From Bacillota bacterium (GTDB lineage Bacteria > Bacillota_I > Bacilli_A > RF39 > UBA660), in contig SVAN01000006.1 in NCBI GenBank assembly GCA_015059375.1, forward strand, positions 1-53,708: a DNA stretch of 53,708 nucleotides, read 5' to 3'. Every line of letters begins with the position of its first letter. Position 1 is the stretch's first letter. The position numbers and the translations under genes were made by a program. Under the pieces are notes generated by a model. The model had not been told where the DNA came from, searched no databases, and was given only the letters and a program-made list of their open reading frames with translations. Shown piece by piece: positions 39,854 through 49,646 of the stretch.

Positions 39854-39879
39854 GGGGTGATTTAAATCATCCTTTTTTT
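39854..39879 (+). terminator. Intrinsic terminator
   Basis: GGGTGA-tttaaa-TCATCC followed by a T-run. Confidence 0.65.
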
Positions 39880-39957
39880 AATAAAACTTTTCAGTTTTTA
39901 AAAAGTAATATATAATTATGTTTATAAAATATTTAAAATGGCAATTATGGAGGAATA

Positions 39958-41073
39958 ATGAAAACAATAAAAGTAATGAGTATCTTTGGTACTAGACCGG
40001 AAGCAATTAAAATGGCTCCAGTAGTTAAGGAATTAGAAAAAAATGCCCAAATTGAAAGTATTGTTTGTGTAACAGCTCAACATCGTGAAATGTTAGACCA
40101 AGTATTGGAAACTTTTAAAATCACAGCAGATTATGATTTAAATATCATGAAATCAGGCCAAACATTAAGCGAAATCACCACTCGTGCTTTGACTGGTTTA
40201 GAAGATGTGATAAAAAAAAGCAATCCAGATATTATTCTGGTTCATGGCGATACAACGACAGCTTTTGTTGGTGCTTTAGCTGCTTTTTATAATGGGGTCA
40301 TAATTGGCCATGTTGAAGCAGGATTAAGAACGTATGACAAGAATTCGCCGTTTCCTGAGGAAATGAATCGTCAAATGATTGATTGTATGGCTGATATTTA
40401 TTTTGCTCCAACAATGCTAAGTAAACATAATTTGTTGAATGAAGGAAAGAGTGAAAATAAAATTTTAGTTACCGGTAATACCGCTATTGATGCAATGAGT
40501 ACGACAATTGCCAAAGATTACCACCATAAAGAGTTAGATTGGATTAAAGCTGGTGAGCGATTAATTTTATTAACTGCTCATCGTCGGGAAAACCTTGGTG
40601 ATCCAATGCGTAATATTTTTAAAGCTATTAAGCGGATTGTTAATGAGAATAATGATGTTAAAGTAATATATCCAATTCATATGAATCCTAAGGTTCGGGA
40701 AGTAGCAAATGAAATTTTTGAAGGTTGTGATCGCGTAAAATTGATTGAACCACTTGAAGTTTTTGATTTTCATAATTTCTTAAATAAAAGTTATATTATC
40801 TTGACTGATAGTGGGGGAATTCAAGAAGAAGCTCCATCCTTAGGAAAACCGGTATTGGTTTTACGTGATACAACAGAAAGGCCAGAAGGAATTGAAGCTG
40901 GAACATTAAAATTAGTAGGAACAGATGAAAAGCTTATTTATGAAGAAACTATGACTTTATTAAATGATTTAGGAGCTTATGAAAAAATGAGTAAATCATC
41001 CAATCCTTATGGTGATGGCAAAGCTAGCCAAAGAATTGTCGAAGCCATTATTCAAAGATTTAGAGAAGACTAA
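39958..41073 (+). CDS. wecB: UDP-N-acetylglucosamine 2-epimerase, non-hydrolysing (MnaA/WecB)
   Basis: FGTRPEAIKMAP, HGDTTT, HVEAGLRT, TDSGGIQEEAP, TERPEG, NPYGDG. Confidence 0.96.
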   Translation: MKTIKVMSIFGTRPEAIKMAPVVKELEKNAQIESIVCVTAQHREMLDQVLETFKITADYDLNIMKSGQTLSEITTRALTGLEDVIKKSNPDIILVHGDTTTAFVGALAAFYNGVIIGHVEAGLRTYDKNSPFPEEMNRQMIDCMADIYFAPTMLSKHNLLNEGKSENKILVTGNTAIDAMSTTIAKDYHHKELDWIKAGERLILLTAHRRENLGDPMRNIFKAIKRIVNENNDVKVIYPIHMNPKVREVANEIFEGCDRVKLIEPLEVFDFHNFLNKSYIILTDSGGIQEEAPSLGKPVLVLRDTTERPEGIEAGTLKLVGTDEKLIYEETMTLLNDLGAYEKMSKSSNPYGDGKASQRIVEAIIQRFRED

Positions 41074-41125
41074 ATCTTTCTTTATTTTTATGATATAATA
41101 GTATTATCTAAAAAAGCGAGGACTT

Positions 41126-42394
41126 ATGAAAGAAAAAATATCAAAACTGGTTAACGTGTATAAGAAATATGGATTTAAGGATTTTTGTAAAAAACTTTAT
41201 GCTTATATTAAAGCTAATTATTTAGATAAGATAAGTTTTAAAGTTTTATTCAATAAAAAGAAGTACGTTCAAGAGATTCAAAAAATATTAAATGGAAAAT
41301 ATGATCGAATCATTTTATGGCGAAGCAGTTTTGGGTATAATGTACCTCTTTTTCAAAGGCCTCAGCATATTGCCAATAATTTATCGAAAAATAATTGTTT
41401 AGTTCTTTATGAAGTTACTACAATGACTGATAAAGTTAAAACATTAAAAAAGCAAAGCCAAAATATTTATTTATTTAATTTTAATAACATCTTGTTAAAT
41501 AAAATTTTAATGAAAGAACTAGAAAAAAACAGTAAACCAAAATATATTCAGCTATATTCAACGGACTGGAAGTTGACTGTTCAAAATATTAAGGATTATA
41601 TTACTAAAGGTTTTAGATTTATATATGAATATATTGATCATCTCAGTCCTGAATTAGCAGGAACAAAAGATTTACCACAAAATATTATTGATAAGTATGA
41701 ATATGCAATGAATAATAAAGAAGTTTACGTTGTTGTGACAGCAGATGAATTAAAAAAAGATGTTGTATCAAAAAGAGGAGAAGTAAATCTTATTGAATCT
41801 AGCAATGGAGTTGATTATCAATTTTTTAAAAAAATGGATTCTAAATATCAAGTTGAAGAAGAATTTTTAAATATTATTCAAAATGGGAAAATTAACATTT
41901 GCTATTATGGTGCACTTGCTAAATGGTTCGATTATGATTTAGTTAAAAGCGTAGCTGATACGAATAAATATAATATTATATTGTTTGGAATTAAGTATGA
42001 TGAATCATATGATGAAAAAATGGGGGAAGTACCTAATGTCTATTTTATGGGACCAAGAGATTATAAAGTATTGAAAAATTATGCATCTTTATGCGATATT
42101 TTAACAATTCCTTTTGTATTGAATGATATTACTAAGTCTACAAGTCCCGTAAAAATATTTGAATATATGGCTCTTCATAAGCCAATTGTAACAACCGATA
42201 TGTTAGAATGTCGAAAGTATCAATCAGTTATGATTGGTAAAGGAAAAAAAGATTTTTTAAAAAAGCTTGAAGAAGCGTATCAAAAAAAAGATAATAAGTC
42301 ATATATTCAGTTGTTAGATAAAGAGGCCAAAGAAAATGATTGGAGTATGAAAGCAGAAGCAATTATTAATGTGATTCAAAAAGATGAAAAATAG
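41126..42394 (+). CDS. GT-B glycosyltransferase (TuaH-like)
   Basis: FQRPQHIA, NGVDY..F, YYGALAKWFD, SPVKIFEYMALHKPIV. Confidence 0.82.
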   Translation: MKEKISKLVNVYKKYGFKDFCKKLYAYIKANYLDKISFKVLFNKKKYVQEIQKILNGKYDRIILWRSSFGYNVPLFQRPQHIANNLSKNNCLVLYEVTTMTDKVKTLKKQSQNIYLFNFNNILLNKILMKELEKNSKPKYIQLYSTDWKLTVQNIKDYITKGFRFIYEYIDHLSPELAGTKDLPQNIIDKYEYAMNNKEVYVVVTADELKKDVVSKRGEVNLIESSNGVDYQFFKKMDSKYQVEEEFLNIIQNGKINICYYGALAKWFDYDLVKSVADTNKYNIILFGIKYDESYDEKMGEVPNVYFMGPRDYKVLKNYASLCDILTIPFVLNDITKSTSPVKIFEYMALHKPIVTTDMLECRKYQSVMIGKGKKDFLKKLEEAYQKKDNKSYIQLLDKEAKENDWSMKAEAIINVIQKDEK

Positions 42395-42443
42395 TTGATT
42401 GAAGATATATTAAATGTTAAGATGGATTTAGAAAAGAGGAAGT

Positions 42444-43370
42444 ATGGATAAAATAGCAGTATTAATACCTTGTTATAATGAAGCACAAACAATAGCAAAG
42501 GTTGTAAAAGATTATAAAAAAGCCTTACCGGAGGCCACAATTTATGTATATGATAATAACTCCAGTGATAACACAGCGCAAATAGCTCAAAAAGCAGGGG
42601 CGGTTGTTCGACATGAATATAAGCAAGGAAAAGGTAATGTTGTTCGAAGCATGTTTAGACAAATTAAAGCAGAATGTTATTTAATGATTGATGGCGATGA
42701 TACATATCCTGCTGAAAATGCTCGTGAAATGTGTGATCTAGTTTTAGAAAAGAAAGCTGATATGGTAATTGGTGATCGTTTATCATCAACGTATTTTACA
42801 GAAAACAAAAGACCATTTCATAACTTAGGAAATAAACTAGTACGTTTTTCAATTAATACCTTATTTAAAAATAAAGTAAAAGATATTATGACTGGTTATC
42901 GAGCATTTAGTTATGAATTTGTTAAAGGTTTTCCTGTGTTATCAAAAGGTTTTGAGATTGAAACAGAAATGACAATTCATGCGGTTGATAAGAATTATCG
43001 ATTAGTTGAAGTTCCTGTCAATTATAAAGATCGCCCTGAAGGTAGTGTATCAAAGTTAAATACATATAAAGATGGAGCAAAGGTATTAAAAACCATAGCA
43101 GTTCTTTTTAAAGAATATAAGCCATCAGCATTTTTTAATATTATTTCATGTATCTTTTTAATTTTAGCTTTGTGTTTCGGAATGCCTGTAGTTATTGAAT
43201 TTTATAAAACGGGATTAGTTCCTCGTTTTCCAACATTAATAGTAGCATCAATATTCTTGGTTATTTCTTTATTACTTTGGATATGTGGCGTTATTTTACA
43301 AGTTATAGTAAAAAAACATAAACAACTATATGAGATTTTAATGAATATGATGAATAAGGAATATGAATAA
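42444..43370 (+). CDS. GT2 polyprenol-phosphate glycosyltransferase (GtrB/DPM-synthase-like)
   Basis: IPCYNE, DNNSSD, DGDDTY, FEIETEM; two C-terminal TM helices. Confidence 0.9.
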   Translation: MDKIAVLIPCYNEAQTIAKVVKDYKKALPEATIYVYDNNSSDNTAQIAQKAGAVVRHEYKQGKGNVVRSMFRQIKAECYLMIDGDDTYPAENAREMCDLVLEKKADMVIGDRLSSTYFTENKRPFHNLGNKLVRFSINTLFKNKVKDIMTGYRAFSYEFVKGFPVLSKGFEIETEMTIHAVDKNYRLVEVPVNYKDRPEGSVSKLNTYKDGAKVLKTIAVLFKEYKPSAFFNIISCIFLILALCFGMPVVIEFYKTGLVPRFPTLIVASIFLVISLLLWICGVILQVIVKKHKQLYEILMNMMNKEYE

Positions 43371-43743
43371 GTTAATTAAACAGATATTAAAATTTGGGAT
43401 TGTCGGAGGCATTGCTTTTGTAATCGATTATGGCATATTTGCCTTGCTTACATCTTTTAATTTGCATTATTTATGGGCTCAAGTCATATCTTTTACTGTT
43501 GCATTGGCATTCAATTATTTAGCGAGTATTAAGTGGGTATTCGATGCTAAAAGACAAACTCCAAAAGAGATTATTATTTTTATTGTATTAAGTGTAGTAG
43601 GCTTAGGAATTAACGAGTTATTACTATTTATAGGTGTTGATAAAATGAATTATCATGAGTTGATTGTTAAACTAGTTTCAACAATTATTGTAATGATATA
43701 TAATTTTATTACACGTAAGTTAATTGTTGAAAAGCATAGTTAA
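43363..43743 (+). CDS. GtrA-family flippase
   Basis: KFGIVGG...DY, FNY...KWVF, YNFITRK; 4 TM helices. Confidence 0.9.
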   Translation: MNKLIKQILKFGIVGGIAFVIDYGIFALLTSFNLHYLWAQVISFTVALAFNYLASIKWVFDAKRQTPKEIIIFIVLSVVGLGINELLLFIGVDKMNYHELIVKLVSTIIVMIYNFITRKLIVEKHS

Positions 43744-43770
43744 AAGGTGGTAGTAAATACTGCCTTTTTT
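43742..43770 (+). terminator. Intrinsic terminator ending the glycopolymer cluster
   Basis: AAAAGGTGGTA-gtaaa-TACTGCCTTTTTT. Confidence 0.7.
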
Positions 43771-43840
43771 CTATAAAAGTCGTTTGTTTACTAAAACGAG
43801 GCTGTATGATATAATCTGTAAAGAAAAGGAAGTGAAAGGT

Positions 43841-44557
43841 ATGGGAAGAGCATACGAAGTAAGAAAAGCTAGTATCCAAAAAAACGGAATGGCTAAAGCC
43901 AAATTATATTCAACATTTGCAAAAGAAATTTATTTAGCAGCAAAGAAGGGTGTCCCTGATCCTGAGGCAAATATTGTATTAAAAAGATTAATTGAAAAGG
44001 CAAAAAGATCACAAGTTCCTAATGATATTGTGACTAGGGCGATTGATAAAGCTAAAGGAGCGGGACAAGATGAGTATACGGAAGTAACATATGAAGGATT
44101 TGGTCCTGGTGCGTCAACTTTAATTATTAAAACTTTAACTGACAATGTAAATCGTACAGTTGGTTATATTCGCGCTGCGTTTAACAAAGTTAATAAAAAT
44201 TTAGGTGTAACAAACAGCGTTTCTTATAATTATGATTATTTAGGTGTGGTATCATTTAAGTGCGATAATGAAGAAGCAGTATTGGACAAATTAATTGAGG
44301 CTGAAGTAGAGCCCATTGACTTTGAAAATGAAGAAGGAGTTTTGACTATTTCAGTCAATCCAAGTGATGAAAATAAGTTAAAAGATGCAATCGAAAGTCT
44401 ATATCCAGAAGTAGAGTATTTATTTGATGAAGTTGGAATGTTTGCAAAAGATAAAATAACATTGGAAGGCGAAGATAAAGAAGTTTTTGAACGTTTGTTA
44501 GCTCTTTTAGAAGATGTTGAGGATGTATCAAATATTTATCATAATGTAGAGTTATAG
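43841..44557 (+). CDS. YebC/PmpR family protein
   Basis: MGRA, PDPEAN, YEGFGPG, LTDNVNRT, EDVSNIYHN; promoter TTTACT-17-TATAAT at 43787-43815. Confidence 0.93.
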   Translation: MGRAYEVRKASIQKNGMAKAKLYSTFAKEIYLAAKKGVPDPEANIVLKRLIEKAKRSQVPNDIVTRAIDKAKGAGQDEYTEVTYEGFGPGASTLIIKTLTDNVNRTVGYIRAAFNKVNKNLGVTNSVSYNYDYLGVVSFKCDNEEAVLDKLIEAEVEPIDFENEEGVLTISVNPSDENKLKDAIESLYPEVEYLFDEVGMFAKDKITLEGEDKEVFERLLALLEDVEDVSNIYHNVEL

Positions 44558-44558
44558 T

Positions 44559-45542
44559 ATGTCGTTATTTAGTAAGATTAAAGAAAAGTTTAAAAAAAAT
44601 GATAATAAAATCGAAGAAAGTACGCAAACATACGAAAAGGGATTAGAAAAAACTCGTGAAGAATTTGTATCTAAGCTATCTTTGTTAGGAATTAAGTATA
44701 CTAAAGTTAGCGAAGATTATTTTGAAGAATTAGAAAATTTACTTATTATGGCAGATATTGGTGTTAATACGGTGTTTTCTTTCATGGATAGGATTCGCGA
44801 TCGTGTCAAAAAAGAAAATATAACTGATACAGCATATTTAAATGAAGTAATTGTCGATGAACTTTTTATTATATATGTCAATAATGAGAGTTTAACTGAC
44901 AAAATCAATATTGCTTCTGTAGGACCTACTGTTATATTAGTAGTGGGAGTTAATGGAGTAGGAAAGACAACGACCATTGCGAAGTTAGCTCATAAATATC
45001 AAACACTAGGAAAAAAAGTGATGATGGTGGCTGCTGATACTTTTAGAGCAGGAGCTGTTGCTCAACTTAAATTGTGGAGCGAAAGAGTTAATTGTGACTT
45101 TTTTGGTAAAGAAGAGACTGACCCAGCGGGAGTAGTTTTTGATGGCCTTACGAAAGCTAAAGAACTAGGTAGTGATATTGTTTTAATTGATACGGCCGGA
45201 AGGTTACATAATAAAGTTAATTTAATGGCAGAACTAGAAAAAATTAATAAGGTTATAGGTCGCATTATTCCAAGTGCTCCACATGAGACTTTGTTGGTTA
45301 TTGATGCTACAACTGGGCAAAATGGAATTATGCAGGCTAAGGCTTTTAAAGAAATTACAAATATCACCGGAATCGTTTTAACTAAACTGGATAGTACGGC
45401 TAAAGGGGGAATAGTCCTAGCGATTAAAGAAGATGTTGGTATTCCTGTTAAGTTTATTGGCCTAGGGGAAAAAATGACTGATTTAGAAACTTTTGACATT
45501 GAAAACTATATCTATGGATTATTTAAGGATTTGCTTAAATGA
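44559..45542 (+). CDS. ftsY: SRP receptor GTPase FtsY
   Basis: GVNGVGKTTT, DTFRAGA, DTAGRL, DATTGQN, TKLDSTAKGG. Confidence 0.97.
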   Translation: MSLFSKIKEKFKKNDNKIEESTQTYEKGLEKTREEFVSKLSLLGIKYTKVSEDYFEELENLLIMADIGVNTVFSFMDRIRDRVKKENITDTAYLNEVIVDELFIIYVNNESLTDKINIASVGPTVILVVGVNGVGKTTTIAKLAHKYQTLGKKVMMVAADTFRAGAVAQLKLWSERVNCDFFGKEETDPAGVVFDGLTKAKELGSDIVLIDTAGRLHNKVNLMAELEKINKVIGRIIPSAPHETLLVIDATTGQNGIMQAKAFKEITNITGIVLTKLDSTAKGGIVLAIKEDVGIPVKFIGLGEKMTDLETFDIENYIYGLFKDLLK

Positions 45543-45796
45543 AAAATTTTGTATATTATGGTGAACTATATAGTATTTATGGATTTTTATTAACTGATAA
45601 GCAAAAAGAAATCTTTAGTTTATATTACGAGGAAAACTTATCTCTAAGTGAAATAGCGGAATATAAAAAAGTTTCAAAAAGTTACGTTGGTAAATTAATT
45701 TCAGATGTTGAAAAAAAATTGAATTATTATGAAGATAATCTTCATCACTATGAGTTATTAGAAAAAACAGCAAAAAAAAATATCAATTTTCATTGA
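45539..45796 (+). CDS. ylxM: YlxM-like HTH protein
   Basis: YGFLLTDKQ...YYEENLSLSEIAE; follows ftsY. Confidence 0.85.
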   Translation: MKNFVYYGELYSIYGFLLTDKQKEIFSLYYEENLSLSEIAEYKKVSKSYVGKLISDVEKKLNYYEDNLHHYELLEKTAKKNINFH

Positions 45797-47333
45797 TATT
45801 TTTTTTGTTTAAAGCTTCGTTATACGAGTTTATTATTTCCTGCCTTTTTTCGTCGGTAAAAGCTTCATTTTTAGCATAAACCCGGTATCCATCTTTATCG
45901 TATATAACGAAGTATCCATCTATGTTATACATTTCGTTATATAAGGAGTCGGTATTGGCAATAAGCATAACATCAAAATTATATTTTTTAATAAAACTAG
46001 CTTTATCAATTTGGTTATGTTGTAATTCATAAAATTCTTTGAATAAATCAGCTTTTTTATTATTCTTTTTTAAGAAAAGTTCTGCTCGGGGATCCATGTA
46101 TGGTTTAAACCCTCGAAATTCAACGTATCCACCATCGTTAAAGGAAGCATATACTTTAGTAGTATCAGGATTAAAAACTTTTGCAATAATATCCATTGCT
46201 TCATTAGCTTTATTTTCCATTAAGTTAGTTTGAAACTTTTGAATAAATAAATAACTAAAACCCACTAAGCAAACGACACCAACAATTAAATATAGTGTAT
46301 TAAATCCTTTTCGTAGGTCTCCGGTTATTTCGCTGAAGTCTTTCGGGAACAAATCTTTAAAAAAGTATGCTAAAGGAAATATAGACACTAATATGAAATG
46401 GCTGAACCCTTTAACAGACATAAATCCTAATAAGAGGGTTCCACAGAAAAGGCAGATATATCTAACTCTGATTCTTCCTTCGCGAAAGTAAGTGTAAATT
46501 AATCCAATCATCAACATTAATCCAAACATATGCCTTCCAAGATTTTTCTCTAATGAAAAAGGCAGTAGTTCATTAATGAAGATATGCATATAATGGTCCC
46601 CATAACTAGTAAAAATGAACGTTATGGCTTTGTATCCATATGGATTAATTAAGCCTACTAAGAAGGCTATAGCTATTGCAATAAAAAATGGCTTTTTCTT
46701 AAATCCCTGTAACTGCAGCATATCGCATTTAAATGAATCAATAACATAAGGAAGCATAAATAGAAATAACATCCACCATAGTGAGGCATGCATATTAACT
46801 TCAATTAATGAGAGAATCGGTAACCAAATTAAATACTTTTTATTTTCAGTTTTAATATATAACTCTAGGACATAAATTAAAGATAATAATACAATGAAAC
46901 TAATAATCTGCGGCCTTGATACTATAAAGTGGGAGATAAGAGTAATATCTGTAGCAAACATAACAATTAAAGATAGAATATAATTACGATCGCTTATTAA
47001 CATGCATATTTTATAAAGTAAAAAACAAATAAAAAAATTGCATACAAGAATCATAATCATTAATCCCATTTGTCCAAACAAATCATATATTATCCAAAAT
47101 GATGTGGCTGAAAGCCAATTTTGAACAACTACGTTAAGTCCTTCGTGCATTGATAAAGGATCAATATGGTAAATGCCATTTTCAAAGATATACCTTCCTT
47201 CGCTAAGCAAATACCATATATCATTATCAAGATGTTTATTTAATAGTAGACAAAAAATAAACGGTATTGTAAATATAATTATAAAAATCCATTTACTGGG
47301 TTTATAAATTTCTTTCTTTTTTTTCTTTGTCAT
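45783..47333 (-). CDS. Polytopic membrane protein, GT-C-like
   Basis: Acidic DNDIWY loop after TM1, DPLS, RPQ, NMH, INPYG, DPRAELF; more than 10 TM helices plus a C-terminal soluble domain. Confidence 0.6.
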   Translation of the reverse strand: MTKKKKKEIYKPSKWIFIIIFTIPFIFCLLLNKHLDNDIWYLLSEGRYIFENGIYHIDPLSMHEGLNVVVQNWLSATSFWIIYDLFGQMGLMIMILVCNFFICFLLYKICMLISDRNYILSLIVMFATDITLISHFIVSRPQIISFIVLLSLIYVLELYIKTENKKYLIWLPILSLIEVNMHASLWWMLFLFMLPYVIDSFKCDMLQLQGFKKKPFFIAIAIAFLVGLINPYGYKAITFIFTSYGDHYMHIFINELLPFSLEKNLGRHMFGLMLMIGLIYTYFREGRIRVRYICLFCGTLLLGFMSVKGFSHFILVSIFPLAYFFKDLFPKDFSEITGDLRKGFNTLYLIVGVVCLVGFSYLFIQKFQTNLMENKANEAMDIIAKVFNPDTTKVYASFNDGGYVEFRGFKPYMDPRAELFLKKNNKKADLFKEFYELQHNQIDKASFIKKYNFDVMLIANTDSLYNEMYNIDGYFVIYDKDGYRVYAKNEAFTDEKRQEIINSYNEALNKKNINEN

Positions 47334-47436
47334 TTTAACCTTCTTTCCATTAAAATTATATCAAAAACTAAGGGAGATAGTAAACATTTAGTTAAGTTTG
47401 CTTTGCTTGTTAACTAATGGTATAATACACCCATAA

Positions 47437-48867
47437 ATGGGTGTGATAAAATTGAATAATTGGAGTTTATCTTTAATAAAAGAAATAATTGATATTAAGC
47501 AAATTAATAATGTAGATGAAGATATTGTTTTTGATTATTTAAAAATAGTAGATTTAAATAAAGTTTTATATGAAAATAATGCTAAAAATGTTTTGTATTT
47601 TTTTACTTATTCGGAAGAAAAAGATTTAACAGATGAATTTATAATTGATGCTTTTGATTTGCGAAAAAATGCTAATTCGGTTATCAGTAAACATCCTGAA
47701 TATGTCTATGTTTTAGATAAGCAGACTTATGATAATTTAGAGAAAGAAAATAAAAATGCTAAATTAATAATCGTAGATAACATATTAAAGGCAATTGATC
47801 AATTATATAATTATGTAATTGAACGGAAAAGGGCTAAAGTAATAGCTGTTACAGGCAGTGTCGGTAAAACAACCGCGGTTGGGTTAATTGAAACTGTTTT
47901 AAAAAAAGAATTTAACATTTGGCGGATTTATAGCAAGAGAATCACTCCAATAATATTGAAAGCCAATGTAATAAACTTTATTACTCCAGATGTAGACTAT
48001 ATTGTTTTGGAAATGAGTATTTATCATCACGATCATGTCGAAATATTAAGTGATTTATTAAAACCTAACATCGCTGCGTTAATAGGTGTAGATTCTTCTC
48101 ATTTGGAATTTTTTAATAGTATAGATGATATATGTAAGTATAAAGCCGCAATTTTTAGAAGTTGTGAAGTAGGATTTTATAATAATTTAGATAATAGAGT
48201 AAATCTGTTATCAGTTAAAGAAGAAAATTTGTTATTTGATGATGAAAAAATATATAAAACTCAAATGTCTAATTTTATTCCCATAGCGGATAGTTATCAA
48301 ATCAAAGACAATAAACTTATTGTAGATAAAGAGGAGATGGCGTTGTTTTTTAATTCTGAATTATCTGTTATTCAAACGTTACTTGCATATAAAATTGGCA
48401 TTTTAGTAGGAATGAATAAAAAACATATCGTTCAAGCAATAAATAGTTATGTACCAGTGGAAAATCGCATTGGCCAGAAAATCATATTTGGTAAAAATGT
48501 AATCTTTGATGGGGATATTACAACTCACGAAAGGATTAAACAATTAGCTAATCATCAGTATCCGGAAAGCTATTTAATTATTCGTAAATTTGGTTCCGCG
48601 GAAAATAATAAACGTTTTGAAAATGTATTAAATAGTTTAAATCGATTTACTAAAGTATTTGTCTTTAATGATATTGAATATTTAGAAATGCTGAAATCTC
48701 ACAAAAAAGTACAAGTTGTTGATAATCATGATTTTATGAAAGAACTAAATGGTCAAATAATATATCATTATAGTGGATATTATCGAAGTTTTGAGAAATT
48801 TAACGAAGATAATTTAATAGTATTAGAAAATGAAAGATATAAAGTTTTAAAACCGGAGGACGAATGA
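47437..48867 (+). CDS. Divergent Mur-ligase family (MurF-like) protein
   Basis: AVTGSVGKTT P-loop, VLEM, SHLEFF..IDD...K, ENR; promoter TTGCTT-17-TATAAT at 47398-47426. Confidence 0.78.
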   Translation: MGVIKLNNWSLSLIKEIIDIKQINNVDEDIVFDYLKIVDLNKVLYENNAKNVLYFFTYSEEKDLTDEFIIDAFDLRKNANSVISKHPEYVYVLDKQTYDNLEKENKNAKLIIVDNILKAIDQLYNYVIERKRAKVIAVTGSVGKTTAVGLIETVLKKEFNIWRIYSKRITPIILKANVINFITPDVDYIVLEMSIYHHDHVEILSDLLKPNIAALIGVDSSHLEFFNSIDDICKYKAAIFRSCEVGFYNNLDNRVNLLSVKEENLLFDDEKIYKTQMSNFIPIADSYQIKDNKLIVDKEEMALFFNSELSVIQTLLAYKIGILVGMNKKHIVQAINSYVPVENRIGQKIIFGKNVIFDGDITTHERIKQLANHQYPESYLIIRKFGSAENNKRFENVLNSLNRFTKVFVFNDIEYLEMLKSHKKVQVVDNHDFMKELNGQIIYHYSGYYRSFEKFNEDNLIVLENERYKVLKPEDE

Positions 48868-49571
48868 AAAAAATTTTATTGATTCATGGTTGGAATTATC
48901 GTAATTATACAACTCAAACAAATGAAAAAGATGCATGGCATAATCGAATGGAACTAGTGCGAGAATTAAGTAAAGATTATGAAGTTTACCGTTTAAACTT
49001 GCCTGGCTTTTGCGGTCAAAAAGAGCCTGAAAAAGCATGGAATTTAGATGATTATGCAAAATATATCCATGATTATTTAAAGTCAAAAAAATTAAGTGTA
49101 AACTATATTTTAGGATATTCTTTTGGTGGGGCAGTAGCAATTAATTATTATTTAAAATATGGTCATGAAGAAAAAATTATTTTGGTATCTCCGGCAATAA
49201 TTCGTAACCAAGAAAAGTCTAAGAAATTTATAAAAACCCCAGCTTGTATTCAAACACTACGTAATTTTTTAAGAAATCAATATATTGTTCGGATTGTTAA
49301 AACCCCCGAAATGGTTTATGGAACAAAGTTTTTGCGAAATACTTATCAAATTATAGCCCGAATTGATTTACGTAATTTACTTTTGCAAATCCCAGCTAAT
49401 AATTTGCTGCTTATTTACGGTGAAAAAGATAATATGGTAAATCCCAAAGCTGTTTTTAATTTTTTACCGACAAATTATCAAAATAAAGTAAAGTTTATAC
49501 CTGATGGAGACCATAATATTGGTAAAACGCATTATAAAGACATTATTAATTTAATTAAAAATAATATTTAG
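48864..49571 (+). CDS. Alpha/beta-fold hydrolase
   Basis: HGW oxyanion motif, LPGF, GYSFGG nucleophile elbow, GEKD, DH. Confidence 0.9.
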   Translation: MKKILLIHGWNYRNYTTQTNEKDAWHNRMELVRELSKDYEVYRLNLPGFCGQKEPEKAWNLDDYAKYIHDYLKSKKLSVNYILGYSFGGAVAINYYLKYGHEEKIILVSPAIIRNQEKSKKFIKTPACIQTLRNFLRNQYIVRIVKTPEMVYGTKFLRNTYQIIARIDLRNLLLQIPANNLLLIYGEKDNMVNPKAVFNFLPTNYQNKVKFIPDGDHNIGKTHYKDIINLIKNNI

Positions 49572-49597
49572 AACTATCATTAACTTGATAGTTTTTG
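49572..49597 (+). terminator. Intrinsic terminator
   Basis: AACTATCA-ttaact-TGATAGTT followed by a T-run. Confidence 0.65.
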
Positions 49598-49646
49598 TTT
49601 GGAATTTTTTTCTTTTCTTGAAATATTAATTATTATAGAGGTGAAT

